Under the pieces are notes generated by a model. It made no database searches and was not told the DNA's origin. It saw only the letters and a list, made by a program, of their open reading frames with translations. Of a stretch of DNA of 64,000 nt, positions 44,901 through 54,200 are shown piece after piece; positions within the stretch are counted from its first letter, which is position 1; each line of letters begins with the position of its first letter. Location of the stretch: the NCBI GenBank assembly GCA_013377115.1, contig JACAAW010000003.1, forward strand, positions 7,325 to 71,324. The letters run 5' to 3'. The DNA comes from Bacteroidota bacterium (GTDB lineage Bacteria > Bacteroidota > Bacteroidia > Bacteroidales > CG2-30-32-10). A program made the translations under genes and the position numbers.

Positions 44901-47900
44901 CAGCAACTGCTATTTCTGTTGGTTCAGGAGCCGCAGTGAATTGGTATACAGGAGGCTGCAATGGAACTTTCATAGGTGCTGGAAATCCATTAATTATCCC
45001 AGCTCCTGATACAACAACAGCTTATTTCGTAAGTTATATTGGAATTTGTAATTCAACAGCTTGTGCAAGTACTCAAGTTACTGTTGAATCCCCTTCTATA
45101 GCGCCAACTTCTATAATAGCAAGTCAAAATCCAGTTTGTATTCCCAATTCAGTTACTTTAAGTGTTGTTGGAGGCAGTTTAGGAATTGGAGCTTCATGGA
45201 AATGGTATATGGCAGGAAATCCAATATCAATTGGAAGTGGTCCCTCAATAAACGTTGCTCCAGTAGCAACTACCATCTATTTTGTTCGTGCTGAGGGATT
45301 TTGCAATATAACAAATTCTGTTTCAATCACAATTACAGTAAGAATACCTTCAATTGCTCCAAATAATGCCATTGTAAATACAAATAACTATTGCTCAAAT
45401 TCGGCACCAGCAAATATCACATTAACTGCATCTGGAGGATCCTTGGGTAGTGGTGCCATTGTAAATTGGTTTTCTGGTGGCTGCGGAGTAGGTTTTGTTG
45501 GAACTGGAAGTTCAATAATAATTCCAGCACCATTAGTCACAACTACTTATTATGCTAATTATTCAGGATTCTGTAATACTACAAATTGTGTTTCTGTTAC
45601 AGTAAATGTTAATCAAGCTTCAATAGCTCCTGTATCTGTTATACCAAGTGTTAATAATTATTGTAACAACAATATTCCAGCAAATATTACTTTAACTGCT
45701 AATGGTGGTGTTTTAGGAACAGGTGCCACTATAAATTGGTACAGCAATGCTTGTGGAAACGGTTTGATTGGAAATACTAATCCAATTTCAATACCAGCAC
45801 CTAATGTGAATACAACTTATTGGGTAAATTATTCTGGGTTATGCAATACTACAGTTTGTACTCCAGTTAACATTAGTGTTCTGCCTGTTGCTAATGCAAC
45901 AATTAATCCTGTTTTAGGAATAATTTGTCAAAATCAATTGGCTTTTAATCTTTCTTCAGTTAATCCTGGTGGTTTATGGACTGGAAGTGGAATTACAAAC
46001 TCTGCTCTAGGAACTTTTAATCCTTCCATCGCTGGATCAGGGGTTCATCAAATTATTTATACTATTGCCAATCCTTGTGGTGATTCGGATACAATTAATA
46101 TTACAGTAAATCCTGTAATACTTATTTCTATTTCCCCAGTATCACCATTGTGTTTACTTGACACTGCAATGAATTTAATTGCAAACCAACCAGGAGGTGT
46201 TTGGTCTGGAAATGGTATTACTGATGCAATAAATGGTGTTTTTGATCCTACTGTTGCAGGAGTTGGGATACATCAAATAATATACACCATTGCAGGAGTT
46301 TGCCAAAGTTCAGATACGATATCCATTATTGTTAATGCCAATAGTGTTGCAACCATTAACCCAGTAGGTAATTTTTGTATAAATGATCCTGCTAGTAACT
46401 TAACCTCATTGCAAAATGGAGGTATTTGGAGTGGAAATGGAATAACAGATGCTTTGAATGGAACGTTTAATCCTTTGATTGCTGGCGTAGGAATTCATCA
46501 AATTATTTACACAATTTCAGGATCGTGCAGTTCTTCAGATACGATAAATGTTGTTGTGGATTCATTATTAGTTGGAATTATTTCGCCTCAACCTGCACTT
46601 TGCACTTTTGATTCAGCAGTTACGCTTACAGCGTCTGAAATTGGTGGAACTTGGAGTGGAACTGGAATTGTTGATAATTCCCTGGGGATTTTTGATCCTG
46701 CAGTTGCTGGAGTTGGTATTCATCAGATTATTTACGCTTTAATTGGTCCATGTTCTGGAAATGACACCATAATGATAACTGTTAATACTGGTTTTAACGC
46801 TACAATTTTACCTGTTGGATCGCTTTGTATAAATGATTCCAATATTAATTTAATTTCGGTTCAAAATGGGGGAGTATGGTCTGGTATTGGCATCATTGAT
46901 TCTAATTTGGGGATTTTTAGTCCAAGTGTATCTGGAGCTGGTACTTTTCAAATTATTTATACAATTTCTGGAATTTGTGGAAATGCAGATACTGTAAATA
47001 TTACTGTAAATCCTTTAATTCCAGTTTCTATAACACCAGTTTCTCTTTTGTGTAATTCAGGGGTTCCTATTGGTTTAAATGCTAATTTAAACGGTGGAAT
47101 CTGGTCAGGTAATGGAATCACTGATTCTCTTAATGGTATTTTTGATCCTTCAATTGCTGGACTTGGAACACATCAAATAATTTATACTCTGTTGGGTTTA
47201 TGCGGTGGATCCGATACAATTCAAATAGATGTTGTTTTACCAACTGATCCAACTATAAATCCAGTTGGGTTATTATGTACAAATTCAGGAGTCACTAATC
47301 TTACATCAGCAAGTTTAAGTGGTATTTGGTCAGGAAATGGAATTATTGATTCAATAACAGGTGCTTTCGATCCAAATATAGCTGGTCCGGGATTTCATCA
47401 AATAGTTTTTACTGCAAATCCTTGCGGTAATTCAGATACAGTAAATATTCTGGTAAATCTTTCTTCAAACGCTCAAATTAATATGGTTGACACGGTTTGT
47501 ATTAAAGATTCAATATTTAATTTTACTGCCACGCAAATTGGAGGTATTTGGTCAGGTAATGGTATTATTGATAGTCTTACCGGATTATTTGATCCATCAA
47601 TAGCAGGAGGAGGAAACCATCCAATTGTTTATACAATTTCTGGCCCTTGTGGAGATTCTGACACTTTGAATGTTTTTGTTTCCAATGTTTTAAATGCAAC
47701 AATAGAAAGTGTTAGTCTGATTTGTATTAATCGACCACCATTTTTGTTTTCCTCAATGACTCCAGGAGGAATCTGGTCGGGAATTGGAATTATTGATTCT
47801 CTAACAGGTCTTTTTAATCCTTCAATAGCTGGACTAGGAATTCACCAAATTACTTATACAATTCTTGGAAGTTGTGGAGCTTCTGACACTGCTTTTATTG

Positions 47901-48430
47901 AAGTTAATGCTGCACCAAATGTTTTGTTCACATCCACAGATGAATCATGTAATGGTGCTGATGATGGTACAATTACTTTAATTATTAATGGAGGCCAACC
48001 ACCTTACAGTATTAGTTGGAATAATGGAAGTTCATTGAATAATTTGGATAATCTGCAACCTGGTACTTATGGAGTATCAGTTTCTGATACCAATGGTTGT
48101 CAAGCAACAGATAGTTTAATTATTCAAGGTTCATTGATAAATTGTGATTATTATATTCCTCATGTTTATGTGCCAAATATTTTTTCACCAAATGGTGATA
48201 ATGTTAATGATGTATTATTTGTTAGAGGTAAAGGAGTTGTAAAATTAATGTTTGTTATTTATGATAGATGGGGTGAAAAGGTATTTGAAACCACTGACAT
48301 GAATAATGGTTGGGATGGAATATATAAGGGGAAATTAGTTGATCCTTCAGTATTTGTTTATTATTTGAAAGCTGATTTGGATAATGGCGAAAAAATTGAT
48401 ATCAAAGGAAATGTCACTTTAGTGCGCTAA
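41906..48430 (+). CDS. Giant cell-surface adhesin: SBBP beta-propeller repeats, 6 Ig-like units, 9 x 75-aa units, SprB repeat, type B T9SS C-terminal domain
   Basis: The track start at 41876 is GTG. I prefer the ATG at 41906 (or 41924), ahead of the hydrophobic 'LLGYLIICLYFTLISQNLASQ'. SBBP-like 'YGGNNGD...AIDNSGNIFIAG' recurs. The SprB repeat is 'CNGADDGTITLIINGGQPPYSISWNNG...GTYGVSVSDTNGC'. The CTD is 'VPNIFSPNGDNVNDVLFVRG...IYDRWGEKVFET...GWDG.YKG......VFVYYL........KGNVTLVR'. Confidence 0.85.
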   Translation: MIRNIQMFKEISKLSLNLLGYLIICLYFTLISQNLASQNSLNSNFETNEFVKNNGQIYDMKGNLLNDVKFVLRLKNANAYFTNTGIIYHLYKTEKKSDKELSKEQIEKRNRGEVIHNDSKTYFFRIDMNFINPNSNAEINGEQESKVKTNYYLASCPNGVIDVPQYKKITYKNIFQNIDLTFYFKDGNLKYDFIVRPGGNINDIKMSYNGSESVKLNENGSITIKTPMGLFTENSPFSYLLGTNNILESKLQIEKDIISFQVEDYDKGKTIIIDPVIGWATYFNSSTGSDSWSNATVDNSGNIFWSGYTFSTTFPVLDPGSGAWFDGTFPATFPDISDLIVVKFDQFHSKLWATYYGGNNGDFLAGYTDYGKSMAIDNSGNIFIAGNLGMGTTIFPTFDPGGGAWYQNQTKIKGESSFLLKFSNSGVRLWATIFEHENANNNPSGNRITGIVSNSNNLFITGQAQKLNNNNIPLRNPGAGAYYEPNFIGQKDAFIGRFSPTLNLDWNTYINSANPTKQADASGLDLCVDKAGNIYLVGIESGNATLNDHHPIINPGGGAYIQALPQSSQNFQILKFNSSLVPVWSTYFGGNNTDIPSKVTVDALDNLFIIGRYTNSTNFPTLDAGGGAYYQPNLASSGPLGFDGFILKFSSSSNLKWSTYYGGGGFNAFNHLSGIATDVTGNIYVSGYTNSTLFPVQSKLGSYNQMNNAGGNDGVFMKFTNSGVRQWSTYYGGSNNESFYGEKLGLINYPCGSEIYAMGGTTSDDIPTFDPGNGALYESSKPTSNADFIVMFSDMNVFSVDPTSILVSQNPICPGDSVILTVNGGLLGTAASWYWYISGNIIPIDSGASITVSPNSITTYEVRAEGMCNITNAISVTVNVSVESIAPTMVTVDNGEYCLNTSPLTITLTANGGLLGSGATVNWFSGSCGGTFVGTGSPLTITAPTDSTVFFANYSGLCNSTSCVSVPVNVNTLTIPPVSAIVSPAIFCQNTAPAAITLTATAISVGSGAAVNWYTGGCNGTFIGAGNPLIIPAPDTTTAYFVSYIGICNSTACASTQVTVESPSIAPTSIIASQNPVCIPNSVTLSVVGGSLGIGASWKWYMAGNPISIGSGPSINVAPVATTIYFVRAEGFCNITNSVSITITVRIPSIAPNNAIVNTNNYCSNSAPANITLTASGGSLGSGAIVNWFSGGCGVGFVGTGSSIIIPAPLVTTTYYANYSGFCNTTNCVSVTVNVNQASIAPVSVIPSVNNYCNNNIPANITLTANGGVLGTGATINWYSNACGNGLIGNTNPISIPAPNVNTTYWVNYSGLCNTTVCTPVNISVLPVANATINPVLGIICQNQLAFNLSSVNPGGLWTGSGITNSALGTFNPSIAGSGVHQIIYTIANPCGDSDTINITVNPVILISISPVSPLCLLDTAMNLIANQPGGVWSGNGITDAINGVFDPTVAGVGIHQIIYTIAGVCQSSDTISIIVNANSVATINPVGNFCINDPASNLTSLQNGGIWSGNGITDALNGTFNPLIAGVGIHQIIYTISGSCSSSDTINVVVDSLLVGIISPQPALCTFDSAVTLTASEIGGTWSGTGIVDNSLGIFDPAVAGVGIHQIIYALIGPCSGNDTIMITVNTGFNATILPVGSLCINDSNINLISVQNGGVWSGIGIIDSNLGIFSPSVSGAGTFQIIYTISGICGNADTVNITVNPLIPVSITPVSLLCNSGVPIGLNANLNGGIWSGNGITDSLNGIFDPSIAGLGTHQIIYTLLGLCGGSDTIQIDVVLPTDPTINPVGLLCTNSGVTNLTSASLSGIWSGNGIIDSITGAFDPNIAGPGFHQIVFTANPCGNSDTVNILVNLSSNAQINMVDTVCIKDSIFNFTATQIGGIWSGNGIIDSLTGLFDPSIAGGGNHPIVYTISGPCGDSDTLNVFVSNVLNATIESVSLICINRPPFLFSSMTPGGIWSGIGIIDSLTGLFNPSIAGLGIHQITYTILGSCGASDTAFIEVNAAPNVLFTSTDESCNGADDGTITLIINGGQPPYSISWNNGSSLNNLDNLQPGTYGVSVSDTNGCQATDSLIIQGSLINCDYYIPHVYVPNIFSPNGDNVNDVLFVRGKGVVKLMFVIYDRWGEKVFETTDMNNGWDGIYKGKLVDPSVFVYYLKADLDNGEKIDIKGNVTLVR
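44306..45880 (+). repeat. Six ~87-aa Ig-like units in an A-B-B-A-B-B order
   Basis: A units: 'SQNP(I/V)C...SV.LTV.GG.LG..ASW.WY'. B units: 'Y/FC.N..P..ITLTA.GG.LG.GA.VNWFSG.CGG.FVGTG'. Confidence 0.75.
45881..47910 (+). repeat. Nine ~75-aa units 'C......NL....GG.WSG.GI.D...G.F.P..AG.G.HQIIYT..G.CG..DT..I.V'
   Basis: Counted nine GG(x)W(S/T)G(x)GI anchors. The spacing between anchors is 75 aa. Confidence 0.8.
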
Positions 48431-48474
48431 ATCAAGAAAAGGATTGAGGTTTTACTAATTTAAAAAACCAAATT

Positions 48475-49515
48475 ATGAAAAAAAATATACTTATTTTGAT
48501 GGTCATAATTCTAAGTGGATTAGAATCATTTGCACAAGATATTCACTTCTCTCAATTTAATGAATCTCCCTTGCTTCAAAATCCAGCATTAGTTGGTTCT
48601 TTTAATGGAGATCAAAGGGCCATTATTAATTATAAGGATCAATGGAGAAGTGTGACAAAACCTTATAAAACAGCTGCAGTTTCTTTTGATGCGGGTATTT
48701 TAAGAGATAAATTTAAAAGTGGATATTTAGGGATTGGAGCTTTCATATATAATGATAAAGCTGGAGATACCAAACTTAGCACAACCAATATTAATCTTGC
48801 AATTTCCTATCATATTTATTTAAATGATTATAGCAATTTAGCTGCTGCGATTCAAGGAGGTTATGGGCAAAGGTCAATGAGTTCAGCTAATTGTCAATGG
48901 GATAACCAATATGATGGAACTGGTTATAACGCTGATTTGCCTTCTGGTGAGCAAAATAGTTTCAATAATTATGGTTATGGTGATTTTGGAGCTGGAGTAT
49001 TGTGGAATTATTTTTCATCAGATGCTGGTTTTAGAAACCGTGTTATAAAAAGAGCCAACGCAGGGATTTCACTTTTCCATATAAACAAACCTAAATACTC
49101 CTTCTATGAAACAAATATTGAGAAGTTAAATAGGAAATTTGTTTTGTCAGGAATGATGGAATTAGGTGTATTATCTAACAAAAATTTCACATTAATACCT
49201 AGTTTAGTTTACTATAAACAAGGTCCAAGTCAAGAATTTAATTTTGGAACGATGGGACGCTATAAAGTTATTGAAGATGGCTCAGGGGCAATTAAAGACG
49301 CAGCTGTATCGTTGGGGATTTTCTATCGATGGAAAGACGCAGCGATAGCTATTTTGCAATTAGAGGTAAGCAATTTTGCTATAGGAGTTAGTTATGATAT
49401 TAATACCTCTAACCTAAAAACTGCAAGTTCCAATAAAGGAGGAATCGAGTTTTCATTGAGATATGTTTATCCAAATCCTTTCCACAAAGCAATTTCCACA
49501 AAGCCTAAATATTAG
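48475..49515 (+). CDS. PorP/SprF-family type IX secretion system membrane protein (cognate of the upstream adhesin)
   Basis: 'AQDIHFSQFNESPLLQNPALVG' and the C-terminal 'IGVSYDINTSNLKTASSNKGGIEFSLRY' are family signatures. The start is 44 nt after the adhesin stop. Confidence 0.85.
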   Translation: MKKNILILMVIILSGLESFAQDIHFSQFNESPLLQNPALVGSFNGDQRAIINYKDQWRSVTKPYKTAAVSFDAGILRDKFKSGYLGIGAFIYNDKAGDTKLSTTNINLAISYHIYLNDYSNLAAAIQGGYGQRSMSSANCQWDNQYDGTGYNADLPSGEQNSFNNYGYGDFGAGVLWNYFSSDAGFRNRVIKRANAGISLFHINKPKYSFYETNIEKLNRKFVLSGMMELGVLSNKNFTLIPSLVYYKQGPSQEFNFGTMGRYKVIEDGSGAIKDAAVSLGIFYRWKDAAIAILQLEVSNFAIGVSYDINTSNLKTASSNKGGIEFSLRYVYPNPFHKAISTKPKY

Positions 49516-49649
49516 AAGGTTTATTACTATTATTTTTTTAATTTTGGTGAAAATTCATTTAAATGTTGAAATATCCTTTACCAAAATATTTCGGTCAGTG
49601 ATAAATGATGTTTCGTTCATCTCAAAAAATTAAATAAAAAAGTATTAAC

Positions 49650-50030
49650 ATGAAAAATATTGTTTTTTTAATTGCATTCGTCCTTCCTTTTAGTTTGTTT
49701 TCTCAAGATTATAAAGATCCTGGCAATATGCAAGTTTCAGCAAAAGATGCACATTATGAAAAAGGTGATGTTGCTTTGTATAATTATGTATATGAAAAAA
49801 TAAAATTCTCTAAAGAGGCCATAGCAAACAAACCGGCTGGAGATGTAATGATTTCCTTTGATGTTGAATCAGACAGCACATTAACAGGTTTTAAAGTTGT
49901 TTCAGGGATAGGCTATGGAGTAGATGAAGAAATTGTCAAAGTTTTAAAGACATTAAAATTCGTGCCTTCAATTCAGAATGGATTCCCGATTAAAATGAAT
50001 TTAATGTATACTTTTCCAATAAGGTTATAA
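49650..50030 (+). CDS. Small secreted TonB-C-terminal-domain-like protein
   Basis: Signal peptide. 'GDVMISFDVESDSTLTGFKVVSGIGYGVDEEIVKVLKTLKFVPSIQNGFPIKM' resembles the TonB_C fold. Confidence 0.5.
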   Translation: MKNIVFLIAFVLPFSLFSQDYKDPGNMQVSAKDAHYEKGDVALYNYVYEKIKFSKEAIANKPAGDVMISFDVESDSTLTGFKVVSGIGYGVDEEIVKVLKTLKFVPSIQNGFPIKMNLMYTFPIRL

Positions 50031-50037
50031 TGAAAAA

Positions 50038-50694
50038 TTAATTGTTCGTTTTCTTGAAATCTTCAAGAAATGTTGCAAGGCCAATATCAGTTAATGGATG
50101 GTATAATAAACCCATAATTACGCTTAAGGGGCAGGTTACCACATCAGCACCAATTTCTGCACATTTAATTATATGCATTGTATGACGAATAGAAGCGGCA
50201 AGAACTTGCGTTTCGAAGCCATGGATTTGATAAATATTTACAATTTGGTCAATTAAATCTAAACCATCTGTTCCGGCATCATCAAGTCTTCCAATAAAAG
50301 GAGAAACATAAGTGGCACCAGCCTTCGCAGCCAAAATTGCTTGTCCTGCTGAAAAAACTAATGTACAATTGGTTCTGATTCCTTTACTAGAAAAATACTT
50401 TATTGCTTTAATTCCTTCTTTTATCATAGGAACTTTTACAACAATATTTGGGTGCAAGGATGCAAGAAGTTCACCTTCTCTAATCATTCCATCAAAATCA
50501 GTTGAAATTACCTCTGCGCTAACATCACCATCGACGATATTACAAATGTTTACATAATGCTGAAGAATATTATCAGTGCCTTTAATTCCTTCTTTTGCCA
50601 TTAAACTTGGATTGGTAGTAACACCATCTAAAATACCAAGGTCATTTGCTTCTTTAATTTGATTTAAATTAGCAGTATCAATAAAGAATTTCAT
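50038..50694 (-). CDS. fsa: Fructose-6-phosphate aldolase / type 3B transaldolase
   Basis: '[15 protein letters not shown]....[11 protein letters not shown]', the Schiff-base region 'VVKVP', 'TNCTLVFS' and '[13 protein letters not shown]'. Confidence 0.9.
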   Translation of the reverse strand: MKFFIDTANLNQIKEANDLGILDGVTTNPSLMAKEGIKGTDNILQHYVNICNIVDGDVSAEVISTDFDGMIREGELLASLHPNIVVKVPMIKEGIKAIKYFSSKGIRTNCTLVFSAGQAILAAKAGATYVSPFIGRLDDAGTDGLDLIDQIVNIYQIHGFETQVLAASIRHTMHIIKCAEIGADVVTCPLSVIMGLLYHPLTDIGLATFLEDFKKTNN

Positions 50695-50734
50695 CAGAAA
50701 ATATATTTGGTTTGAAAAAATGGAAAATAAAAAA

Positions 50735-50830
50735 GGGTAAGCCCCTTATATCGCACCGCTCAACCATTTACCCTTGCTTCCTTCCGAACCTGGGGGAGTT
50801 CAATGGGAGCTGGTCGTATAAGACTTACCC
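50735..50830 (-). ncRNA. ffs: Signal recognition particle RNA (small 4.5S type)
   Basis: The minus strand reads GGGUAAGUCUUAUACGACCAGCUCCCAUUGAACUCCCCCAGGUUCGGAAGGAAGCAAGGGUAAAUGGUUGAGCGGUGCGAUAUAAGGGGCUUACCC followed by UUUU. It contains the conserved domain IV core CAGGU.CGGAAGGAAGCA with a GGAA tetraloop. The 5' GGGUAAG pairs with the 3' CUUACCC. Confidence 0.85.
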
Positions 50831-50834
50831 ACTG

Positions 50835-50863
50835 CAAAAGTACTAATAAGATTAATATTGCAA
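50835..50863 (-). promoter_or_regulatory. Promoter of ffs (-33 TTG and -7 TACTTTTG)
   Basis: The minus strand reads TTGcaatattaatcttattagTACTTTTGcagt-GGGTAAG. The spacer is 18 nt. The -7 box ends 4 nt before the predicted RNA 5' end. Confidence 0.6.
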
Positions 50864-51268
50864 ACAAATATTTCATTTTTTTTTTAGTTTACTGAAATTA
50901 AGATTTCAACACTCTAATTTCTAATGAAATAGTTTAATTATTATCGAACTTTTTTTTTAAAAGTACGTTAAGATTAATAAATTCTATTGCAAGCCCCTGC
51001 CAGGTAATTTTACCTGTTTTTTTAAGCATTTGTACGCTATTGTGTTATTTTGATAATTTGTAATTTTAACTTAATTAGAGGTTTATATTTAGGTGGAAAT
51101 TAAAAAAATCATTTATTAAGATAGATTGTATTGATTTTTATTGCTTTTTTCTATTTTATTTATTATATTTCGAGAGTTAAGTGCTTTTTTTTGTATCGTT
51201 TACCCAAGATTTGGGTTGTTGAATTGTTATGTAAGCAGCCAATTATTGTTAACTGAAATTCCTATACT

Positions 51269-54200
51269 ATGAAAAAAATTTACACAGCTATTTTGTTTGT
51301 AACTTTCTTAATAAATGGAGCGCTGGCTCAAACAGGAACAGAATTTTGGTTTGCAGCACCAGAAGTTACTTCAGGTCACAATGATGGTGGCCCAACTCTT
51401 AGGTTTACAAATACAACCGCTGTGGCAGGAACTGTAACTGTTACTCAGCCAGCAAATGCTGCGTTTATTACAACTCCGAATCCAATTCCAATTCCAGCAA
51501 ATGGGACTGTAAGTTTGGTTTTGGATGCTGGTTCAAATAATTTTAAAACTTTGATTGAAAATACCCCCACAAATACGGTATTAGATAAAGGTTTGTTAAT
51601 TACATCTACTGTTGCAATCACTGCATATTACGAAGTCGATAATAGCAATAATAATGAAATATTTGCATTAAAAGGAGCCAATGGATTAGGGACTGAATTT
51701 TATATACCAATGTCATTAAATAGTCCAACAACCAATACCATGTTTAATCATACTCCTTTAACACCTAATGCCCTTTCCACTTTTGATATTGTTGCCACTC
51801 AAAATGGAACAACAATCCAAATATTTTCGCATGTTGCGGTTGATGGTTATGCAGCAAATGTACCTTTCACAAAAACATTAAATAGGGGGCAAACATATTC
51901 TTGCGGATTTTCAGGAACAAATTTTCAAAATCCATCAAACCAACCTGCTGGGGCTGTTGTATTATCAGATAAACCAATCGCGATTACAGTAAAAGAAGAT
52001 TCAAAACAGTATAATGGGCAAGGTTGCTATGATCTTATTGGAGATCAAATAGTTCCTGTTAACATTGTTGGTACTGATTATATTGTAATTAAAGGCCAAT
52101 TAAATGCCACTGCTGGGGAAAGTTTTTTTGTATTAGCTACTCAAAATAATACAAATGTTTATGTAAATGGAGTAGCTGCTCCTGTTACAACTTTATTTGC
52201 AGGACAAACATATTTTCAGGATAATATTACATTGCCAAGATATTATATTCATACAGACAAGCCAGTTTATTGCACACAAGTAACAGGTTTTGGCTGCGAA
52301 CTTGGATCAGCTCTTCTTCCTCCATTAAATTGTGCGGGATCACATTCTGTAAGCTTTGTTAGATCAACCACGGAAGCTTTTTATTTAAATATTATGGTTA
52401 AGGCAGGAAATCAAGGAAATTTTACTTTAACCGGTGGGAGTAATCCTTTGTGTATTACTGCGGCGGATTTTGCCGTAGTCCCAGGTACAGGAGGACAATG
52501 GGTTTCTACTTATGGGAAAACGTTTTCATTAGCTGAAGTTCCGCAAGGAGTTGCCATGAAATTGACAAATTCTACGGATGTGTTTGGAATGGGATTAATT
52601 AATGGTGCGGCTGCAAGTGGATGCAGATATGGCTTCTTTTCTGAATTTGCAGCGCAAATTATCGTTGATGCTGGCCCAAATCAAACTATTTGTGGAAATA
52701 CAACTGCAACTTTAAATGGTTCAGTTACGGGCGGGGCAACAACTGGAATATGGACAAGTTCTGGATCAGGAACTTTTTCTCCAAATGCAACAGCATTAAA
52801 TGCAGTTTATACTCCGAGTAATTTAGACACATTAGCTGGAACTGTTACTCTAACGCTAACATCTACGAGTACTTGCTTTCCTGTAAGTGATCAGATTGTT
52901 CTTACAATTACCGATGCGCCAAGAGCAAATGCAGGAACAGATGCCTCTGTGTGTATAAATAATCCAAATTATACACTCAATGGTCATGTTCTAGTTGCAC
53001 TAGGTGGGCAATGGTCTGGTGGAGGCGGAACTTTTTCACCAAGCAATACAACATTAAATGCTGTTTATATACCTACGGTGGCTGAATTAACTGCAGGATC
53101 TGTAACATTAACGTTAACTACAATTTTAAATGGAACGTGTAATGCGGTAAGTGATATTGTGGTTTTAACCTATACTAATTCTCCGACATCAAATGCGGGA
53201 CCTGATTTTAGTGTTTGTGCAAACAATCCTGCTGCCACATTGAGTGGTTCGGTGGCAATTGCCACTGGTGGTATTTGGTCAGGTGGTTCTGGAACATATA
53301 ATCCTAATAATTCAACATTAAATGCTATTTATACTCCATCTGCAGCAGAAATAGCAGCAGGTACTGTGACATTAACACTCACAACAACAGGCAATGGAAC
53401 TTGTATTGCTGCAACAGATCAAGTTGTTATTACAATTACACCTGCGCCAACCGCAAATGCTGGATTGGACCGAATTGTATGTGCAAATAATGCAAGTCTT
53501 AATCTTGCTGGTGGAGTGACTATTGCAACAGGAGGAGTATGGTCGGGCGGACTTGGCTTGTATGCCCCCAATAATACTACATTAAATGCGACCTACACAC
53601 CAACAGCACTTGAAATACTTAATGGAACATTAAATTTAACCTTAACAACATCTGGAAATGGCACTTGTACAGCAGTTAATGATGTAATGACAATTACCAT
53701 TGGACCAGCACCAATAGCCAACGCTGGAATTGACCAATCTGTTTGTGCAAACAATTCAAATGTTACTTTAGCTGGTTCAGTTGTAGGAGCAACAGGTGGC
53801 CAATGGTCGGGTGGAACAGGAACTTATAATCCAAATAATTCTGCTTTAAATGCAGTTTATAATCCCTCAGCAGCTGAAAGAACAGCAGGAATAGCAACTT
53901 TAATTTTAACAACAACTGGAAATGGAAGTTGCAATGCCGTAACTGACCAAATGACAATTACAATTACTCCATCACCAGTTGTAAATGCTGGTGTTGATAA
54001 AACAGTTTGTGCAAATAATTCCGCAACATCAATTACAGGCACAATCACTGGCGCTAGTGGTGGGATTTGGTCTGGTGGGGCTGGAGCATACAATCCAAGT
54101 AATACCGCTTTGAATGTTATTTATACTCCAACCGCAGGAGAAATTGCTGCTGGTACTGTTAATTTAACTCTTACATCAACAGGAAATGGCAATTGTAATG

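Noticed and set aside
51001-51023. Orphan plus-strand hairpin CAGGTA-ATTT-TACCTG followed by T7, upstream of the second adhesin gene (possible sRNA terminator or attenuator)
   Set aside because: The stem is only 6 bp, in very AT-rich DNA. I could not find an associated promoter box or conserved structure, so it is too weak to call.
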